A stretch of 64,000 nucleotides of DNA, from the NCBI RefSeq assembly GCF_009834535.1, contig NC_045696.1, positions 15,564,001 to 15,628,000 of the forward strand, given 5' to 3'. This DNA comes from Camelus ferus (taxonomy: Eukaryota). How positions within the stretch are numbered: the first letter of the stretch is position 1; the number at the start of each line of letters is the position of its first letter. The position numbers and the translations under genes are program-made. Shown piece after piece: positions 62,627 through 64,000 of the stretch. The notes beneath the pieces are model-generated. The model saw only the letters and a list, made by a program, of their open reading frames with translations, searched no databases and was not told where the DNA came from.

Positions 62627-63439
62627 TAGAGACTGCTACCAGTCTTCAGGACATTTTACGTCTTCTTAGTAACCCACTCAAGGCAACTTGATGATGTACT
62701 GGACTTCAGGACTGGTCTTACGCACGGTCACGTGACAGCCCCCAGCCTTCTTCTCCCTGTTGCTAACAATAGCCTGAAAATTACTCCAAAATTAAGGGGA
62801 CCTAAAAATTCAAATTAAACCCTAATCTATTCTCTGGGTGATAATAATATAACCCATTATTACCAACAAGTCAAGATGTAACTCTGACACCATATTCTTT
62901 CACTGGAATAAGAGTTGGATACTAGAACCAGACCTTCCTAGCCTCCTTCTCTGACAGCGTACAGAGGGAAAGCGTCCGGGAGGAACCTAAAGTCAAACTT
63001 TTTCAACCTGCAATTCATCTTGAGAGCTGCCTCGTCTTTGCTTTACGCCCGGGGCCAGGGACCCCGGGGCTAAGGTCACTTTATGTTCAATAGTTGCAGC
63101 CCTTTTTTTGCAGCTGCGATTTGAGTAACTGTGTCTGGGTTCTTTTACAGCAATATGTTACCCCGAATAGGTAAGCCCCTTTTTTCCCCAATAAGGAGCA
63201 TTTCCAGCTGGTTTCTACAGAATATTAATGATGGAAGTTTCAACAAATAATAATGCCCTTAAGGAGAGCTGCCCCTCGTTTTCTTTTGTTTTGTTTTCCT
63301 TTTGATTTTTTTTTTGTTTGTTTAATGGAGACCACACCATGGTATTTGTGTCTTAAAAACAGAAATTTTATATATAATTATATATAATAAATATAATTAA
63401 TGTATTTATGTATATTGTGTATATCGTATACAACCACAA

Positions 63440-63725
63440 CTTTAGTTTCCTATGTAACAAACTGCCAGTATTTACTGCCTTAAAACCATACAAATTTAAT
63501 ATCTTACACTTCTGGAGACCAGAATCCAGAATCAGTCTCACAAGGGGCTGGGATGGCTGGTTCCTCCTGCGGCTTTAGGGAGACCCCATCTCCCAGTCTT
63601 TTTCAGCGTCTGGGAGCAGCCTGCTTTCCTTGGCTCATGTGTCTTTCCTAACATCCCTCAATCTCTTGCTTCCATCATCACATCTGCTACTGACTCTCAT
63701 CTTCCTGCCTCCCTTTTATAAGGAC
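63440..63725 (-). mobile_element. MLT1-family LTR, interrupted by MLT2
   Basis: gtaacaaactgcc...cttaaaaccatacaaattta...ttctggagaccagaa...ttccttggctcatg...cttttataaggac. Confidence 0.75.
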
Positions 63726-64000
63726 TGAGATGGTTAATTTTATGTGTCAACTTGACTGGGGCACAGGGTGCTCAGATATGTGGTTAAACATGATCTCTGG
63801 GTGTGTCTCTAGGGGTATTTCTGAATGAGATTAACATTTGACTCAGTAGACTTAATAAAGTGGAGTTCCTTCCCCAAAATCAGTGGGCCTCATCCAATCA
63901 ATTGAAGGCCTGAATAGAATAAAAGTCTAAGAAAGAATTTTCTCTCTCTGTCTCTCTTCAAGCTAGGACATCTTCTTCTGACTCTGGACTTAGACTTGGA
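63726..64000 (+). mobile_element. MLT2 LTR, truncated by the window edge
   Basis: tgagatggttaattttatgtgtcaacttgactggg...atgagattaacatt...gggcctcatccaatcaattgaaggcctgaatagaa. Confidence 0.9.

Noticed and set aside
1..64000. Prokaryotic-type systems (CRISPR, operons, defence islands) or a novel coding system
   Set aside because: The sequence is mammalian repeat-rich non-coding DNA with no long ORFs or repeat-spacer arrays.

Overview
Mammalian non-coding DNA, most likely camelid (Camelus/Vicugna/Lama). That call rests on a tRNA-derived SINE at 46884-47016 that matches my recollection of the camelid Vic-type SINE, and on the apparent absence of Alu, B1/B2, Bov-A/Bov-tA, PRE1 and CAN SINEs. I cannot support any protein-coding gene; the ORF track is consistent with chance ORFs plus decayed transposon frames. 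The clearest non-TE feature is a near full-length 7SK snRNA retropseudogene on the minus strand (4285-4615), next to a G-rich, GC-box/G-quadruplex segment. Much of the window is layered interspersed repeats: L2, MIR, old L1M, younger L1 3' ends, MaLR/ERVL LTRs (several nested, with target-site duplications, TSDs), two decayed ERVL internal regions, DNA-transposon relics and a probable ancient RTE-clade RT fragment. Most notable are four L1 insertions with inverted or rearranged 5' ends, a CpG-retaining solo LTR I cannot name, and several well-formed plus-strand splice-site pairs that may be lncRNA or 5'UTR exons. I did not find a new biological system. Repeat family names come from memory of consensus sequences, not a database search, and boundaries of old repeats are approximate.
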